Positions 1 through 12,407 of a stretch of 64,000 nucleotides of DNA are shown here, one piece after another (the stretch's first letter is position 1; every line of letters starts with the position of its first letter). The stretch is taken from the NCBI GenBank assembly GCA_963837175.1, contig CAWIMJ010000034.1:1-64000 (forward strand), in the 5' to 3' direction. A model generated the notes under the pieces. It searched no databases. It was not told the DNA's origin and saw nothing but the letters and a program-made list of their open reading frames with translations. Source of the DNA: an uncultured Nitrososphaeraceae archaeon (lineage in GTDB: Archaea > Thermoproteota > Nitrososphaeria > Nitrososphaerales > Nitrososphaeraceae). Made by a program: the position numbers and the translations under genes.

Positions 1-80
1 ATTTAGAATTAAACTATATAATCGATTAAAATCATACAAACAATATTCTTATAAAATACTATCTTTTTCCCATATACTAA

Positions 81-329
81 TTGGAGCAACATAAAAAAGA
101 GATATACAAAGGTAAGGAGATAATCTACGAGATGCCTGCTACAGCAGAAAACAATATTGGTGAAATACATGTGACAATAGATAAAGAACATATTCACACT
201 ACAAGGATGGAGGATGGCTCATACGGTACTCATCTTTTGCCATTTCAAAATTATGGTTCAGTAGAAGAATTGACCAGAGATGTTATAGACAAAGTCCCAC
301 AATTCAGAAAAGGATTATCAAAAAAATAA
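81..329 (+). CDS. melC1: Tyrosinase cofactor (caddie, MelC1-like) without Tat signal
   Basis: EIYKGKEI...IHVTIDKEHIHTTRMEDGSY aligns by eye with Streptomyces caddie EVYKGRRI...VFVDGVQLHVMRNADGSW. Lies directly upstream of the tyrosinase. In-frame TAA at 78-80 excludes an N-terminal extension. Confidence 0.75.
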   Translation: MEQHKKEIYKGKEIIYEMPATAENNIGEIHVTIDKEHIHTTRMEDGSYGTHLLPFQNYGSVEELTRDVIDKVPQFRKGLSKK

Positions 330-351
330 TATAATAATATAATAATATAGT

Positions 352-1311
352 GTGAGTATTATGACAGGCAATGATATAATCAAAAGAAAGGATGTTCGTT
401 CTCTTTCGCCAAATGAAAAGCAAAATTTTGTTGATGCTGTAAAAGCATTAAAGGCCAACACTAAGGATAAGAAACTAGGTGATAATCGATATGACGATTA
501 TGTGATTTGGCATGCACAAACAATGATGATACCAGCAGGAAATGATGCTAACGCCGGTATGCGTAATCTTGCACATAGAGGTCCAATATTTTTACCTTGG
601 CATAGAGAATTTATTCGAAGGTTTGAATTGGATCTTCGAAAAGAGGTCCCGGGTATATCACTTCCCTATTGGGATTGGGCTTTTGATGCAACTCTTCGTA
701 GTAGCGGTGGAGTTCCGGCTTGGAAACAATCTCCTGTATGGCAGGAAGACTTTATGGGTGGAAATGGCGATCCGGATAATGATAATATCGTAATGGACGG
801 ACCCTTTAAAGATTGGATTACACAAGAGGTAGATATGAATGGAGAACCTTCATTAAAAGATAGACTTAGGCGGAATTTTGGAAGTGATATTCCAACATTG
901 CCTACTCAAATAGATGTATATAATGCATTCAGTTTTGAATTTTTTGATACTCCCTATTGGGATATATTTAGTAAAGGGTTTAGAAATGCTTTGGAAGGTT
1001 GGCCTAATGGTCCTCAGCTTCACAATCGTGTTCATGTCTGGGTTGGAGAAACAATGGAACTCGATACTTCTCCAAATGATCCTGTGTTCTTCTTGAACCA
1101 TTGTAATGTTGACCGTCTATGGGCGCTTTGGCAAGACATCAGATTTGATTTAGGTTATCCTAGAGATGGTACAATAGTTGATAGGACTTGTCAAAGAATA
1201 GATGGATTTAATCTAAATGACAAAATGCATCCATGGAAAGATGAACAAGAGAGCAAAACAATAGCAGATGTCTTGAATTATAGACAATTGGATTATATAT
1301 ATGAAAAGTGA
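352..1311 (+). CDS. melC2: Tyrosinase (type-3 dicopper), Streptomyces MelC2-like
   Basis: CuA histidines in WHAQ and AHRGPIFLPWHR. CuB histidines in LHNRVHVWVG and DPVFFLNHCNVD. Also LPYWDW. Confidence 0.95.
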   Translation: MSIMTGNDIIKRKDVRSLSPNEKQNFVDAVKALKANTKDKKLGDNRYDDYVIWHAQTMMIPAGNDANAGMRNLAHRGPIFLPWHREFIRRFELDLRKEVPGISLPYWDWAFDATLRSSGGVPAWKQSPVWQEDFMGGNGDPDNDNIVMDGPFKDWITQEVDMNGEPSLKDRLRRNFGSDIPTLPTQIDVYNAFSFEFFDTPYWDIFSKGFRNALEGWPNGPQLHNRVHVWVGETMELDTSPNDPVFFLNHCNVDRLWALWQDIRFDLGYPRDGTIVDRTCQRIDGFNLNDKMHPWKDEQESKTIADVLNYRQLDYIYEK

Positions 1312-2310
1312 CCAAAGGGGATCAATTTGATCAGACTTGAGCATAAAAATGTAGACATGATAATGCAATGAATCCCAGTAATGACGAAAATGATAAAAAA
1401 TATATCAGAAATTTCTTTGTTTCATAAACATGAATTCATCAATATGATTTGGAACATGACATTTTACTACCATAATTCATATTCACAATAATCTTAGAAG
1501 TTGGAAATTCAGCTAAACATTGCGATTAATTGAGTTACGTAATAAAGCATCAGAAATCACTAATTCAATCCACAAAAATGACAAATCAAAAATGAAAGTC
1601 AGGGATAAATTAAAGACTAGTTAAAGGAGTAAAACCTCGACCTAATTATCATGTCAAATTTAATTCATACATAAACCTCTGGCACTACAATATGTTACTA
1701 AGTATTAGTATCAAAACACATTTATTTCTATAAATGACATTTGCTATTGATTAATTTTTTGAATTGTTAGCCGAACCCTCTTAACTATAGGGTTCAAGCA
1801 AATATGAATTTTTACCAATAACTCACAGCAAGATAGCTAAACATCTGTTATAAATATCAAATTCTGTTTGCTTATATTGACTTGAAAAAGAAAAAAAGCC
1901 AGCATATTAACATAAAATATCATAGGGTTGGAATAAATTTAATGTATCAATCATATAACGTCATATATGAAATAAGATGAAGCGGAGGTTTTAGTTGTTC
2001 GTTTCGAATCTGTTAGTGTTAGACATTATGTATCAAATAATCCTTAAAATTATCAGGCAAGTGTATTTCAGCTTAGTAAAACTTTGAAGTAAATATTTCT
2101 GAAAATATCTGAAGATTAGATCAAGTCAGTTACGACATCTGAATATTATATTATTTTTTGGATATACATATCTGAGTTAATACCTTTGTCATATCCAGCA
2201 ATGGATAACCTTATATATTTACCATAATATTTTCCAAAATAATTGGTAAGAAAACAAATGAAACGATAATTCAGATGTTCCTTGGGAAAGAATCACAAGA
2301 AATTATAAAT

Positions 2311-2460
2311 TTATAGAAGGTGCATAAATGTAAAGCTGCTCTGTTATACTATAACTTTAGCACAATCAAAAGAACCATTAAGCACAATTCAAAATATCAG
2401 AAAAATAGCAATTAATTCTAGGAGTCAGTTATTCAAAGTTTTGAAGCGCTCAAAGATTCA
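2311..2460 (+). repeat. Remnant of a winged-helix-like gene, second copy at about 40141-40287
   Basis: tatagaaggtg...aatcaaaagaaccattaagcacaa...gtcagttattcaaagtt...gcgctcaaaga occurs in both places. The 40 kb copy reads SKEPLSTTQISEKIAINSRGQLFKV. Confidence 0.55.
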
Positions 2461-2568
2461 CTAGAGAGAATAGATTAAGAAAAACGAGTTATGTTGATAG
2501 AACTGACATACCTAATAGCAAAAAGGATAAAAAACCCATTAGAATGACTTTACTCTATAACACCAAAA

Positions 2569-3353
2569 GGCTCTGTTCACTTAACACTATAGTAAGTAAT
2601 CATTCTATTATGCATATGGATGAACAGATTAAACCAGTTTGTGATTATCAGAGCTCATGCTAACAAAAAGATACCCTCAATACCAGATTACAGTACGATT
2701 AGCAGACGTGTCAACAAGCTTGATATAAAAATCAACGAAAAGGTTGGTAATGACATTGTCATAGCATTAGACAGTACTGGCATCAAGGTATCTAATAGAG
2801 GAGAATGGGTACGTCACAAATGGCATGTAAGAACAGGCTATCTAAAGATACATGTAGCAGTTGACGTAAAGAAAAAGAAGATTGTATCACTAGAAGTTAC
2901 GAGTGAAGTACATGACAGTAAAATGCTAAAGAAGATGGTAGACAATGCTTCTAAAAATAATGTTGTGAAAAGAGTATTGGCTGATGGTACATATGACAGT
3001 ACAGACAAACTTTCAGTACCTTCATGATAACAGCATTGAAGCAGCTATCAAGGTAAGAAAGAATTCTACTGGCAGGTCTATAGGATGCTATACTAGGAAA
3101 ATTGCAGGTACTGCAGCAGCTCAAGGATTTCGGTAAATGGAAAGATAGCGTAAGATATGGATACAGATGGATGGCAGAATCTGTATTTTCATCCTTTAAG
3201 AGAATGTTTGGAGAATATGTGTCTGCTAAGGAGTATCCAAACATGGCTAAGGAATTTATGCTAAAAGCATTGCTGTATAACATCTTCGCATCCATAAAAA
3301 TGTAGATTGAAAGAAAAGATAAGATAAGAAATGAACTATTTATGCAACAGAGC
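2569..3353 (+). mobile_element. Truncated, frameshifted IS5-family transposase joined to an IS6 end fragment
   Basis: ORFs 2620-3027 and 3102-3305 contain IPDYSTI, IALDSTG, KIHVAVD, ADGTYD and RWMAESVFS. Right end is ttatgcaacagagc. 2569-2645 is an IS6 IR (ggctctgttcacttaac) plus the IS6 C-terminus on the minus strand (ITNWFNLFIHMHNRM). Confidence 0.8.
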
Positions 3354-4119
3354 AGAACCAATAAAAAAGAAAATACACATGTTTCTATCTGGAAGTTGAT
3401 ATAAAATTTACAAGGCTGTCAATTAAATTTTTGGCACTAGGAAGACAAAAGAAGATAAGCCGTTTGAGCTGAAGAGAAATTCAAAATATTTGAAGAAAAA
3501 TCATAACACTTTAAGGATGTAAGCTTGGACTAAACGGAGTATACTATACTGGAAATACAAGTAATTAAGGAATATTTATTCTTTACCTAATCCTAGTTTT
3601 AGGAATTTTTATGATCTTATACACACCATGAAGATGATTGATATTAGACTTAAGTCAGATACTTCATCTACAAAATTTATAATAAATAGGCTTGCAGATT
3701 AAGTTTATAATATTGATGATTTGGGTTGCCAAGAAAAGGAGCTACTATTAATATTTACAGAATTATATTACAAGTTCAGGTCTAATAATGAGATAATATT
3801 ATTTGACTAACCTGATATGTACTTCAACAATAATATGAGTACAAAAGAAAGAATATGCCCACAGTGCTTAGAGACCTTGGCAACAACAATCAAATTTGAA
3901 TAACATGGCATTCGCATAGAACTATAATAATTCCTTCTGAATATAACAACATATTATTTACAATTCAAAACTATTTGAATAATTAAATAATAAAGTAGTG
4001 ATCTCGACCAAGCATGTAGATTTACTTAATTTCTTCGATTAAAGTTAGAGTGAGGGTAAATTAAAAAATAGCGATATGGTGGATAGTGAACTAGTTTAAA
4101 TTATTGCATTCTACTACTA

Positions 4120-5146
4120 CTAGCTTTCTTCTAACATAACCGATATAGGTAGATGATCGCTGAATCCATTTTCATTTAAACTATTATTAGAAGGTCTTCC
4201 AAATTTGATTGGAGCCTTGTATTCGCCTTTTACCATTTCGGGAAATGCTATAATCTCGGTTGAGTTTTCCTTAACTCTAATTTTCTTACCTAATATAATT
4301 CCCTTAGACACCATAAATTGATCCAGAAAGTTTGGAAAATTGTTGAAATAAAAAGTTCCGACTCCCTTAGCCATTATAGGCCACATTAGATTGTATAGTC
4401 TAGGTGCTTCTTTAGATAGTTTGACTTTAAGTATACTAGTTGTAGCCAATGCATAGTCTGTTATAGACCTATTAAATGGTTCATCATTAAAATCTCCCAT
4501 GACTAGAATTGGGGTATTTTGTTCTTCTTCTTCTCCTTCAAAATCTTCCTCCTCCTTATTTTCTTCCAAAATGCGTGTATGAAAATAACTGAGAGTTTCA
4601 CCTGCCACTATTCTATATGGCTCTGATTCATACTGTCCGCCACCCCTTGAGGGCCAATGATTTCCAATCAATACTAGTCTATTACCTAATGGTTTTGTCT
4701 TGAAATTAACTTGTAATATATCTCGTGTAGCCTCTCTTTTTACAATGAAATAAGAAAATATCAAATCTGCTCCTGTCTGTCGATCTTTTTCTACTTCCAA
4801 CTTATTGCTATCGTATATGAATGCTACATCAATACCTCTTTCATCCTTTGTATCTGCATGAACTATTTGGTACGTATGCTGTCTGCAAGTTGCTTAGATT
4901 ATTTACCAATTTCTCAACAACTGATTTATTCTCTACTTCGCAAATACCTAGAATATCTGGTCCATTGCCATTATTCATCTTAGAAATAATCTTTGAAAGC
5001 TGACTTATTTTCTTGTCAAGTATTTCTTTGGTCCAACCTTTTAATTCATTTTTGAGTGTTCTTCTTAGTTTCTCGCTTCTATTAGGATAGTCTTCTACTT
5101 CAAAAAGATTTTCAACATTCCACCATGCTATGTAATATTCATTCAT
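4120..5146 (-). pseudogene. Endonuclease/exonuclease/phosphatase (EEP) family protein, frameshifted near 4880
   Basis: WNVENLF, PDILGICEVEN, RGIDVAFIY (alternate frame), GNHWPSR, MGDFND, LDQFMVS, SDHLPI. Confidence 0.88.
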
Positions 5147-5874
5147 TGATATAACCTATGTTGAGATATGTTTTTTGCTCAATCATAACTTATGAGTTCA
5201 ACCAAAACTTATATAACTTTCGTAAAGGTATTATGATTTCTGAAAAGTACTGTTTATGAATATTATATATATTATTGTTGATGATTTCAATGAAAGATTA
5301 GTTAGCAATCAATTAACAACTTTCTAGATTAAAGTTCCTTATGTAATCTTAGTATGAAATACACTGAGGTTTGACTTTCAAGGATCTGAAGAAGAGAATA
5401 AGTAGCAATCAGGATTTATAATTACAACTAACCAAACTTAGATAGAGATTACTTAACAAAACATTGAGCTTGCAATGTTAGATATTATAAATCAAAAGAA
5501 ATTGAGAGATTAATTATAATAACAAAACAATATAGGGTTCAAATATACGATTCAATTTAAGAGAATTATGAAATGTTCCAATGAGCCAGATTTGAAAAAT
5601 CTTCATACTTCTTTTAGCTCTTGACTATTGAGTATAACATGAGTATCTGAAATAAATGTTAATTATTCAAAGGCCAAATATTCAAATTTTCTGTGACATT
5701 AAAAAATCTAGAATATCGATTTAAGCCACGAAAAATTATATGTTTATAATATTAATAGAGCAACAACATGACTTAATCAAAAATTTGAGCTATCAAATAA
5801 TGTAAGCTGCTATCCTTTGAATAACAAAACGTTTACCTACTCTTTTTTTATCTAACCGAAACCTTCCTATAATT

Positions 5875-6531
5875 GTGACTAAAAATGGATATAACGCTTC
5901 CAACAACCATAGCGAAGATTACCGCAAAACATGGACTAAAAGCACATTAAGCATAGTTATTGCAGTGGCTATATGTTATGGTATATGGTTTAATCTTCTA
6001 GATTCTCTAGCTTATTGTCAGCAATCAGATAACAACAACAACCAATTTAGCCACACATGCACTTCAATTGGAGCAATATTTGGAGGAAATCAGTTATATC
6101 AACCCTGGAATATAATTGGACATTTTTTGCCAGGTTTATTCATGGCATTACTATTTAAAGAAAAAAAATTAGAATTATTTGTTGCGGGAGCTTTAATATC
6201 TACAGTGGTAATGGACTCCCCATTGTGGGGTGCTGAAAGAAGATTCTTTCATGGCCTACCTTTATGGGAAGGAGTGGATGGACCTAATGGAAACCACACA
6301 CATGTAACTGCCTGGCGTGTTGGAGATTGGATTATGTATTATTACAATCCAGTAGGATTCTACAGTGTATGGGATTATGATTGGTTGTTTCCTCATTTCC
6401 CAAACGCAGCAACAATATTTTGGAGTATTGTTGGCAGAATAGCGGCTGCAGTATTACTAATATGGTATCAGCATAAGGTAGAATCTAACAATGAATATTT
6501 TTCATTAAAAAAACTACTGGTTAGAAAGTAA
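5875..6531 (+). CDS. Hypothetical multi-pass membrane protein
   Basis: 218-aa ORF with several hydrophobic segments. Confidence 0.7.
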   Translation: MTKNGYNASNNHSEDYRKTWTKSTLSIVIAVAICYGIWFNLLDSLAYCQQSDNNNNQFSHTCTSIGAIFGGNQLYQPWNIIGHFLPGLFMALLFKEKKLELFVAGALISTVVMDSPLWGAERRFFHGLPLWEGVDGPNGNHTHVTAWRVGDWIMYYYNPVGFYSVWDYDWLFPHFPNAATIFWSIVGRIAAAVLLIWYQHKVESNNEYFSLKKLLVRK

Positions 6532-6856
6532 CTTATTGGAGATAATATGTTATATTTTATCAAGATATCGATAACAAAAGAAAGAGTTTGACATATTTCA
6601 CATTAGAATATAGGTTGAGGATTTGTGAATAGTAGTTGAATGTAGAAGATAAAAAAGTTGCATATGCAATTAAGATCGAAGGATTGGCTTAAGATAGCAA
6701 AGAAACTACTTTATAGTCCTTGCAAATACATTGATATCATAATATGTTACTCTGGCCTCTCCAGCACAGATCACCTAAGTCGTGCATAAGCACCAGTAGA
6801 TACAATGTCAAACGTCAAAATCAGGGTAAACTCCCGTCAGAGGTATTTTAGATAAT

Positions 6857-6931
6857 CCAACTTTTTTTGTGGCCTCTAAACCAATTGATAGCAACCATAG
6901 AAAGTCCATTATATTTATTGACTACAAGCAG
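6857..6931 (-). pseudogene. Short remnant of SSV-type tyrosine integrase
   Basis: Translates LLVVNKYNGLSMVAINWFRGHKK, matching LHAVTKPNGLTVVVINWFRGHKK in the integrase at 39044. Confidence 0.7.
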
Positions 6932-9711
6932 GAAAAGTTATCTTAGAGAGTACGTTTTTTTTGTCGATAATGACGTAGCATTTTGTTAGAAAACATTTGC
7001 TATTAGCAAGACATTCTCTATTTCTGGAACCACTTTGCGTTCTCTAATTGCTCGTTACTAGGTTTTTCAGCCAAATCAATTATTTTTTCTCTTGCTTCCT
7101 CTAATGGTTTTTTAGCTGCATAATATAGTCAATTAATGGTATATTTTTCTATATTCTTCAAGATCCTTCATAGTCACATTGTAATGTTTCAATACCTGAA
7201 GTTGTTTTACTTATGTGTCTTCTGTTTCTCCTCTCATTTCCTCTAGCTCTAATTCTTTTTGTATGACATAATTAGGCGATTGAGATTTTATCTGATTCTC
7301 TTGCAATAGTAGAGAAAAAACCGACGAGGAGAAAGTAAATCGTAAATGTAATAGTTGCGATGAAGAAAATGAAAAAGAGAAAATGAAACTCAGTAGAAAA
7401 GTGTGTGTTCTGATGAAATGAACAATTTACAAAACATCAGAAAACATTGTTGTCTTTAACAACTAGATCAAAATTTATGGTAGTCTGCACTGAGAATACT
7501 AAACTACATGACTAATTTAACATCCACTAACATTAAATTCTTGAGCACTGTAGTGGCTGCTTGAGCTCATATGTAAGATTCTCTATTGAGATTCTATGCC
7601 GACTGCTAGGTCTAAAACTACTCCTATGGGCATCGCTTTCTACAAAAGTGTTAAACCTTGGAGCAACTTTGTTTATATTGAAAAATTTATACAATATATG
7701 AAATACTGTATTAGGTATACCTAATAAAATGAGTCTTTAACTATAAGTAATACTAAGAATTTAAACCTCATTGAACATTAAAGTATTGGTTCAACTTATG
7801 ATGCTTAAAGAAAGCTACTTGGTACCAATCTTGGTCCTGTCTTGGGATCACGCATTAAACTCACTCCGCTTACTCATCCCATTGGAGTTAGAAACTTCTG
7901 CTATTACTAAAATTGTAACTGTTTTCGTATCTCACGTAGCACAATGCGGCCGATCAGTTTAGGCAAAAAACTTAACAAAATATAAGGTCCACCAATAAGA
8001 TCTACGGTAAGCACAATAAGCTGTAATAACGATTGTGTATTAATATTGCCATTCACAATATTCTGAATGACTTCGATATAAGTACCACGGTCATCATTAA
8101 CAACCTGCCCGCTGTAAGACAAGATGATATGATAATAGAAACTGGTCCTCCAAATACAATCATACAAGGTGTACCGACTGTCTTAATAGGCTAATCAGTA
8201 AAGCTTTAACTCCGAAACTAAGAAAGACTTTTCCTTTATTTGCAATGCTTATAATACTTTCATCCTGAGCGTGTAATCCCTTTGCAATAATTTACAAATG
8301 GACTTTCAGCCAATTTTTTACGTCCTGACAATTTTTATGAATTTAATCCAACTAATATAAGCATTATACAAGAATTAGCTTAAGGATAGAGGCTATAAAA
8401 AAATAAGCACTATGAAGAGCAAGATTAAAGATAGTGAAAGTAGAATTTTATTAAATAATAAATGTCATCAAGACAAGTACTTACAATATTTCAAAAATTA
8501 CCTTGAGTATGAACAAGGAGTGTTATATAATGTAATTGTTATATAATGTAATAAAACCAGATATAAGCTTTAATTCGATTCATAATCAACCGATACCAAC
8601 TAAACAAATGAATGCAATATAGCTTGTCTGCAAAGAAAATGTGGAAAATCAAATCAGAGAATTGATATTAATAGGCCATTTAGAAATAAAGTCTATGAGA
8701 TTCTTCTAAACCTAGATAAATTTACAACTGATGAAATTTTGCCATCAGTAGATGGTGTTTGTAAATGTAATGAAGAAGAAGAAAACGTGAAGTTAGCCTA
8801 TCACGGAATAAAAATACATAGAAATCCAAAGGTCCCCAAAGTGGGTTCTGACTAATTTAATGATTTCTTATCATCATCAAAGGAATATCAAAACTTTATA
8901 CAGTATTATTTCGGAAATAAAGGATAGGGATTTAATAAATAAGGTCGCCATAGACACAGTGCAATGAATAAAAAATGGTATTTTAATGGGGTTTGGAACC
9001 GTTTTTCCTATCAGTGACCAAAGTACAACAGCAATACAGTAAATTATAGATGAGAAAGATATGATATTGTTATTTTGATTTCAAAACAAATAACGTAGAA
9101 GCAAAAAGTAGAAGAAAGGAAATTAGTCAATAGTGAAGATTTACTTTTCCCAACTGCTTTGATGGAGAATTATCGTAGTTCTCCAGTATAGGAATAGAGA
9201 CTGAGACTTCAACAAAGTATAAGGATTCTTCCACCGCGATTGTCCGCTTGGAATTTAAAACTTAAATCTCGAGACATTAATGATCTGTTCTTTGTCGTTC
9301 TTCATTTGGTTATTCTCTATATGAGGAACACGCTTTGATCTTTGCCTGTTTGTCATCCTTTTTTTCTACACCAATCAGCAATCATATTGTGGTAATCATC
9401 TGAAGGTGAAACAATGGAAGCATCATAAAGATACTGTAGTCGCTGTCCTCCATGAATAGAGGCTACACTTGAATAATTGTAAATCAGAAAGCAAAAGAGA
9501 AAAAAGGACTTTCTCATTTCTATAATATGATGTCTTAAATATTTAAGATAACTACTAGCAATTGATATGTGCTATTGAATTTTACGTTATCCTTGAATAT
9601 TAAAACAATAAATTACATAAAACAAAATTAAAATGAATAATAATTATATTAATCAACTATATCATCTGTAAATTTATTTAGTATGCTGAGAATCAGTAAA
9701 GTACCAATAAC

Positions 9712-10261
9712 ATGCCTGATGATAAACAAGTAACAGAAGTTGAAGACCAGCAGGTAAATAGATTATTAACAGCACGTGATGTTGAGCAGAATTTTCTAAA
9801 CGCTTTTATCAATTTTGGAATACAATTAAAAGCTCTTACAGATGATCTGAAAGCACTTGAGATTGTAACTGCAGCAGGGCCAACCACTGCTGATATTGAA
9901 TCTTCTGGTTCAGATTTAACTAATCTTGCAAATGGCAAGGCATCACATGTTTCAGGTAGCTTGAGAGTTTTAGCAAGAACTAAGTTTGGTTTAGATGGAG
10001 ATCTTTTAGTCATATTACGAACCAAGCAATCTGCTAAAAATTGCACAAAAATCATCTTCTTCTAAGATTGAGCCCGGTACAGGTACACAGGAAAATCAGC
10101 CTATACAGATAGATACTGAAATATTGAACTTACACAAGGAGAACGTAAAGTTGGCAATAGATAATCTTCAGTTTGTATATGGTAAAGTTATGGATATTGC
10201 TACAAAGTTTATCCAAGGTAATAATAAAGGTAATGTGTTTAGTAATTTGCTTAAAATTTAA
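9712..10261 (+). CDS. Hypothetical protein, broken by a +1 A near 10040
   Basis: ORF 9712-10065 continues in another frame as ...IDTEILNLHKENVKLAIDNLQFVYGKVMDIATKF...LLKI stop. Confidence 0.6.
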
Positions 10262-11600
10262 TAAGATATCTTAAAATGTATTTCATAGTGGTCAGTAAGG
10301 CTAATTATTTGTTTGTTAACGATTTATTTAACCAGCTAAATTTCAAAATACCTAGTTTTCAAAATCAATACGGTTATGTTATGAAAATTGATATAATTAA
10401 ATCTAAAAACAACCAGATCGGTTTCTCTGTCAAGTTCTTAAAAAACAACCAAACAGTTAATTTCAGCCAAATAGATGCCTCGAACATTCCTTTTTTTATT
10501 AGTGCATATAAAGAGTTTGTATCCAGCATTGAATTTAAGCAACATAAACACTTTATTAAGAGAATAAAATTTGATTTAAGCTCAATAAGAGATATACTAA
10601 AGAATAGAGAATTTTCTGTTTTTCTTTTTTTTCTAAATCTAGTTTACCAATATTATTCTTTTCCTTTGATAAAATATATAGTATTGATGGATCCAGTGGA
10701 AAATATTTTGGTGAAACTTTGATTAGAGGAGGAAAAATAGAAAATATTTTTAATATATATTATTCAACAATACAATTATCTTATTTTCATATTCTAAATC
10801 TAAACCTGCTTTTTAGGTTATACATACTGAAAAGTAAATATTCTTCCCAAATAATTGATAATCTTTTATTTTATTTGAGGATCATAGTTTTAGCTGGAAT
10901 AGGCACTTTTAATATATATTTGTATTCAGATATATACTCTAACTTCAATCAACCGTGGATTTTTTTTGATGTTTTATGGTCTTTTATTTCTTTAATAGGC
11001 ATACCTCTTTCTAAATGGCTACCCAAAAAAATACTTTATTATCTTATAAACAGAAATATTTCTGCTTTCTTCACTCCTAATAAAGATCATAACAAAATGA
11101 AACTATCTACATAACATGCCTGAAAAGCAATTTGACTTTTTATCATATTAATCATAAATTTTAAGTAAATCTAGAAGACCGGCGATTATGTATCTACACA
11201 ATATCATAAAGATCTATGTAATTTTACATTTAATGCTCTATGATATTCCGAAAGGTATTAGCTTACAAAATACATAAAAAAGTATAAAAGAAAAAGTCAG
11301 GAATAGCATAAACCCGGAGAAAGCATGCATTTGTAATTAATGCATAGTGTGGACATTTGATCTATATGCACATAAACTTTCACTATCTTGAATGCGATAT
11401 TTGCTTATTGATGGCCTTGTATCTCAAGATCAGCAAGAACACAAAAAAATAATTAAATCAGATGCATTATTATGTATTCCTTAGACTTGATTCTTTGGAC
11501 TAGACATTACTTTTTATATTGTTAAGGGAAAGAAAAGAATACACTACCGCATTTTTAGACACGAAGATAAAAAGCAAAGAATAAGATCCTGATAGAAAAT

Positions 11601-12407
11601 GTGAAACTCTACTACATAAAGTCATATATAACCATACCTAATTCTATCGACTCCAGGTATGCTATACACATATCGTCATTTTACGGAATAAGAGAGGAAA
11701 TCTTATCTACTATCAGTCTATTATCTCTCCTATTGGGAACTTTTACTTTAAAGGGAAAAATAATTTCAAAAGACCAACTTCCATTAAAAGATTTGAAACT
11801 AGAGGCCTATGATGATGATCCGCTGCTGAATCCACACGATCTCCTTGGAGAGACAATTACAGACTCACATGGATTATTTAGAATTGACTTTGAAGAATCA
11901 AAATTTAAGGAATTGTTTGAAGTACTTGAAGGAACGCCTGACGTGTATATAGTATTAAAGGATAATCGAGGAAACAAGATACTCACAACAAAAGTAATGC
12001 AAACTAAAAAGGAAATAGAATATCATATCAGGATAGTTGATAATATTCCAAATCCCAACGCTATAGACATCTATTCTGGCAATGCTCGACGTATGATAAG
12101 TATGTTAAACGAAGTTGGAAGTATAATTGGAATAGAAAATAGGATAGACCTAGACATTCTGAATAAAGGTCATCCTCCTGAAGAGGTTAGAGAGAAATTA
12201 CAGAATTTCGTTAACGGATATGAAGAGAGGAAAAATAACTTTAATCATTTTAGTGTAATATTGAGTACGTTAGTTGATTCATTCTTTGAAGAATTACATA
12301 TAGGAGATATTGGATATGATGGACCACAGATACCAAGACAGCCAAGAAGGGAAGCGTATAATCAAGTTATTACGTGGCCAAGACAGGAGGAGTTTAAATG
12401 GGCATAA
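11601..12407 (+). CDS. Hypothetical protein with transthyretin-like N-terminal domain, overlapping the GMC gene start
   Basis: LKGKII..PLKDLKLEAYDDD..DLLGETITDSHGLFRIDF..PDVYI pattern. True start is probably downstream of 11601. Confidence 0.7.
   Translation: MKLYYIKSYITIPNSIDSRYAIHISSFYGIREEILSTISLLSLLLGTFTLKGKIISKDQLPLKDLKLEAYDDDPLLNPHDLLGETITDSHGLFRIDFEESKFKELFEVLEGTPDVYIVLKDNRGNKILTTKVMQTKKEIEYHIRIVDNIPNPNAIDIYSGNARRMISMLNEVGSIIGIENRIDLDILNKGHPPEEVREKLQNFVNGYEERKNNFNHFSVILSTLVDSFFEELHIGDIGYDGPQIPRQPRREAYNQVITWPRQEEFKWA

Noticed and set aside
10276-11114. Two plus-strand ORFs of 148 and 131 aa
   Set aside because: Very AT-rich with no recognisable motif, so I cannot support them as genes.
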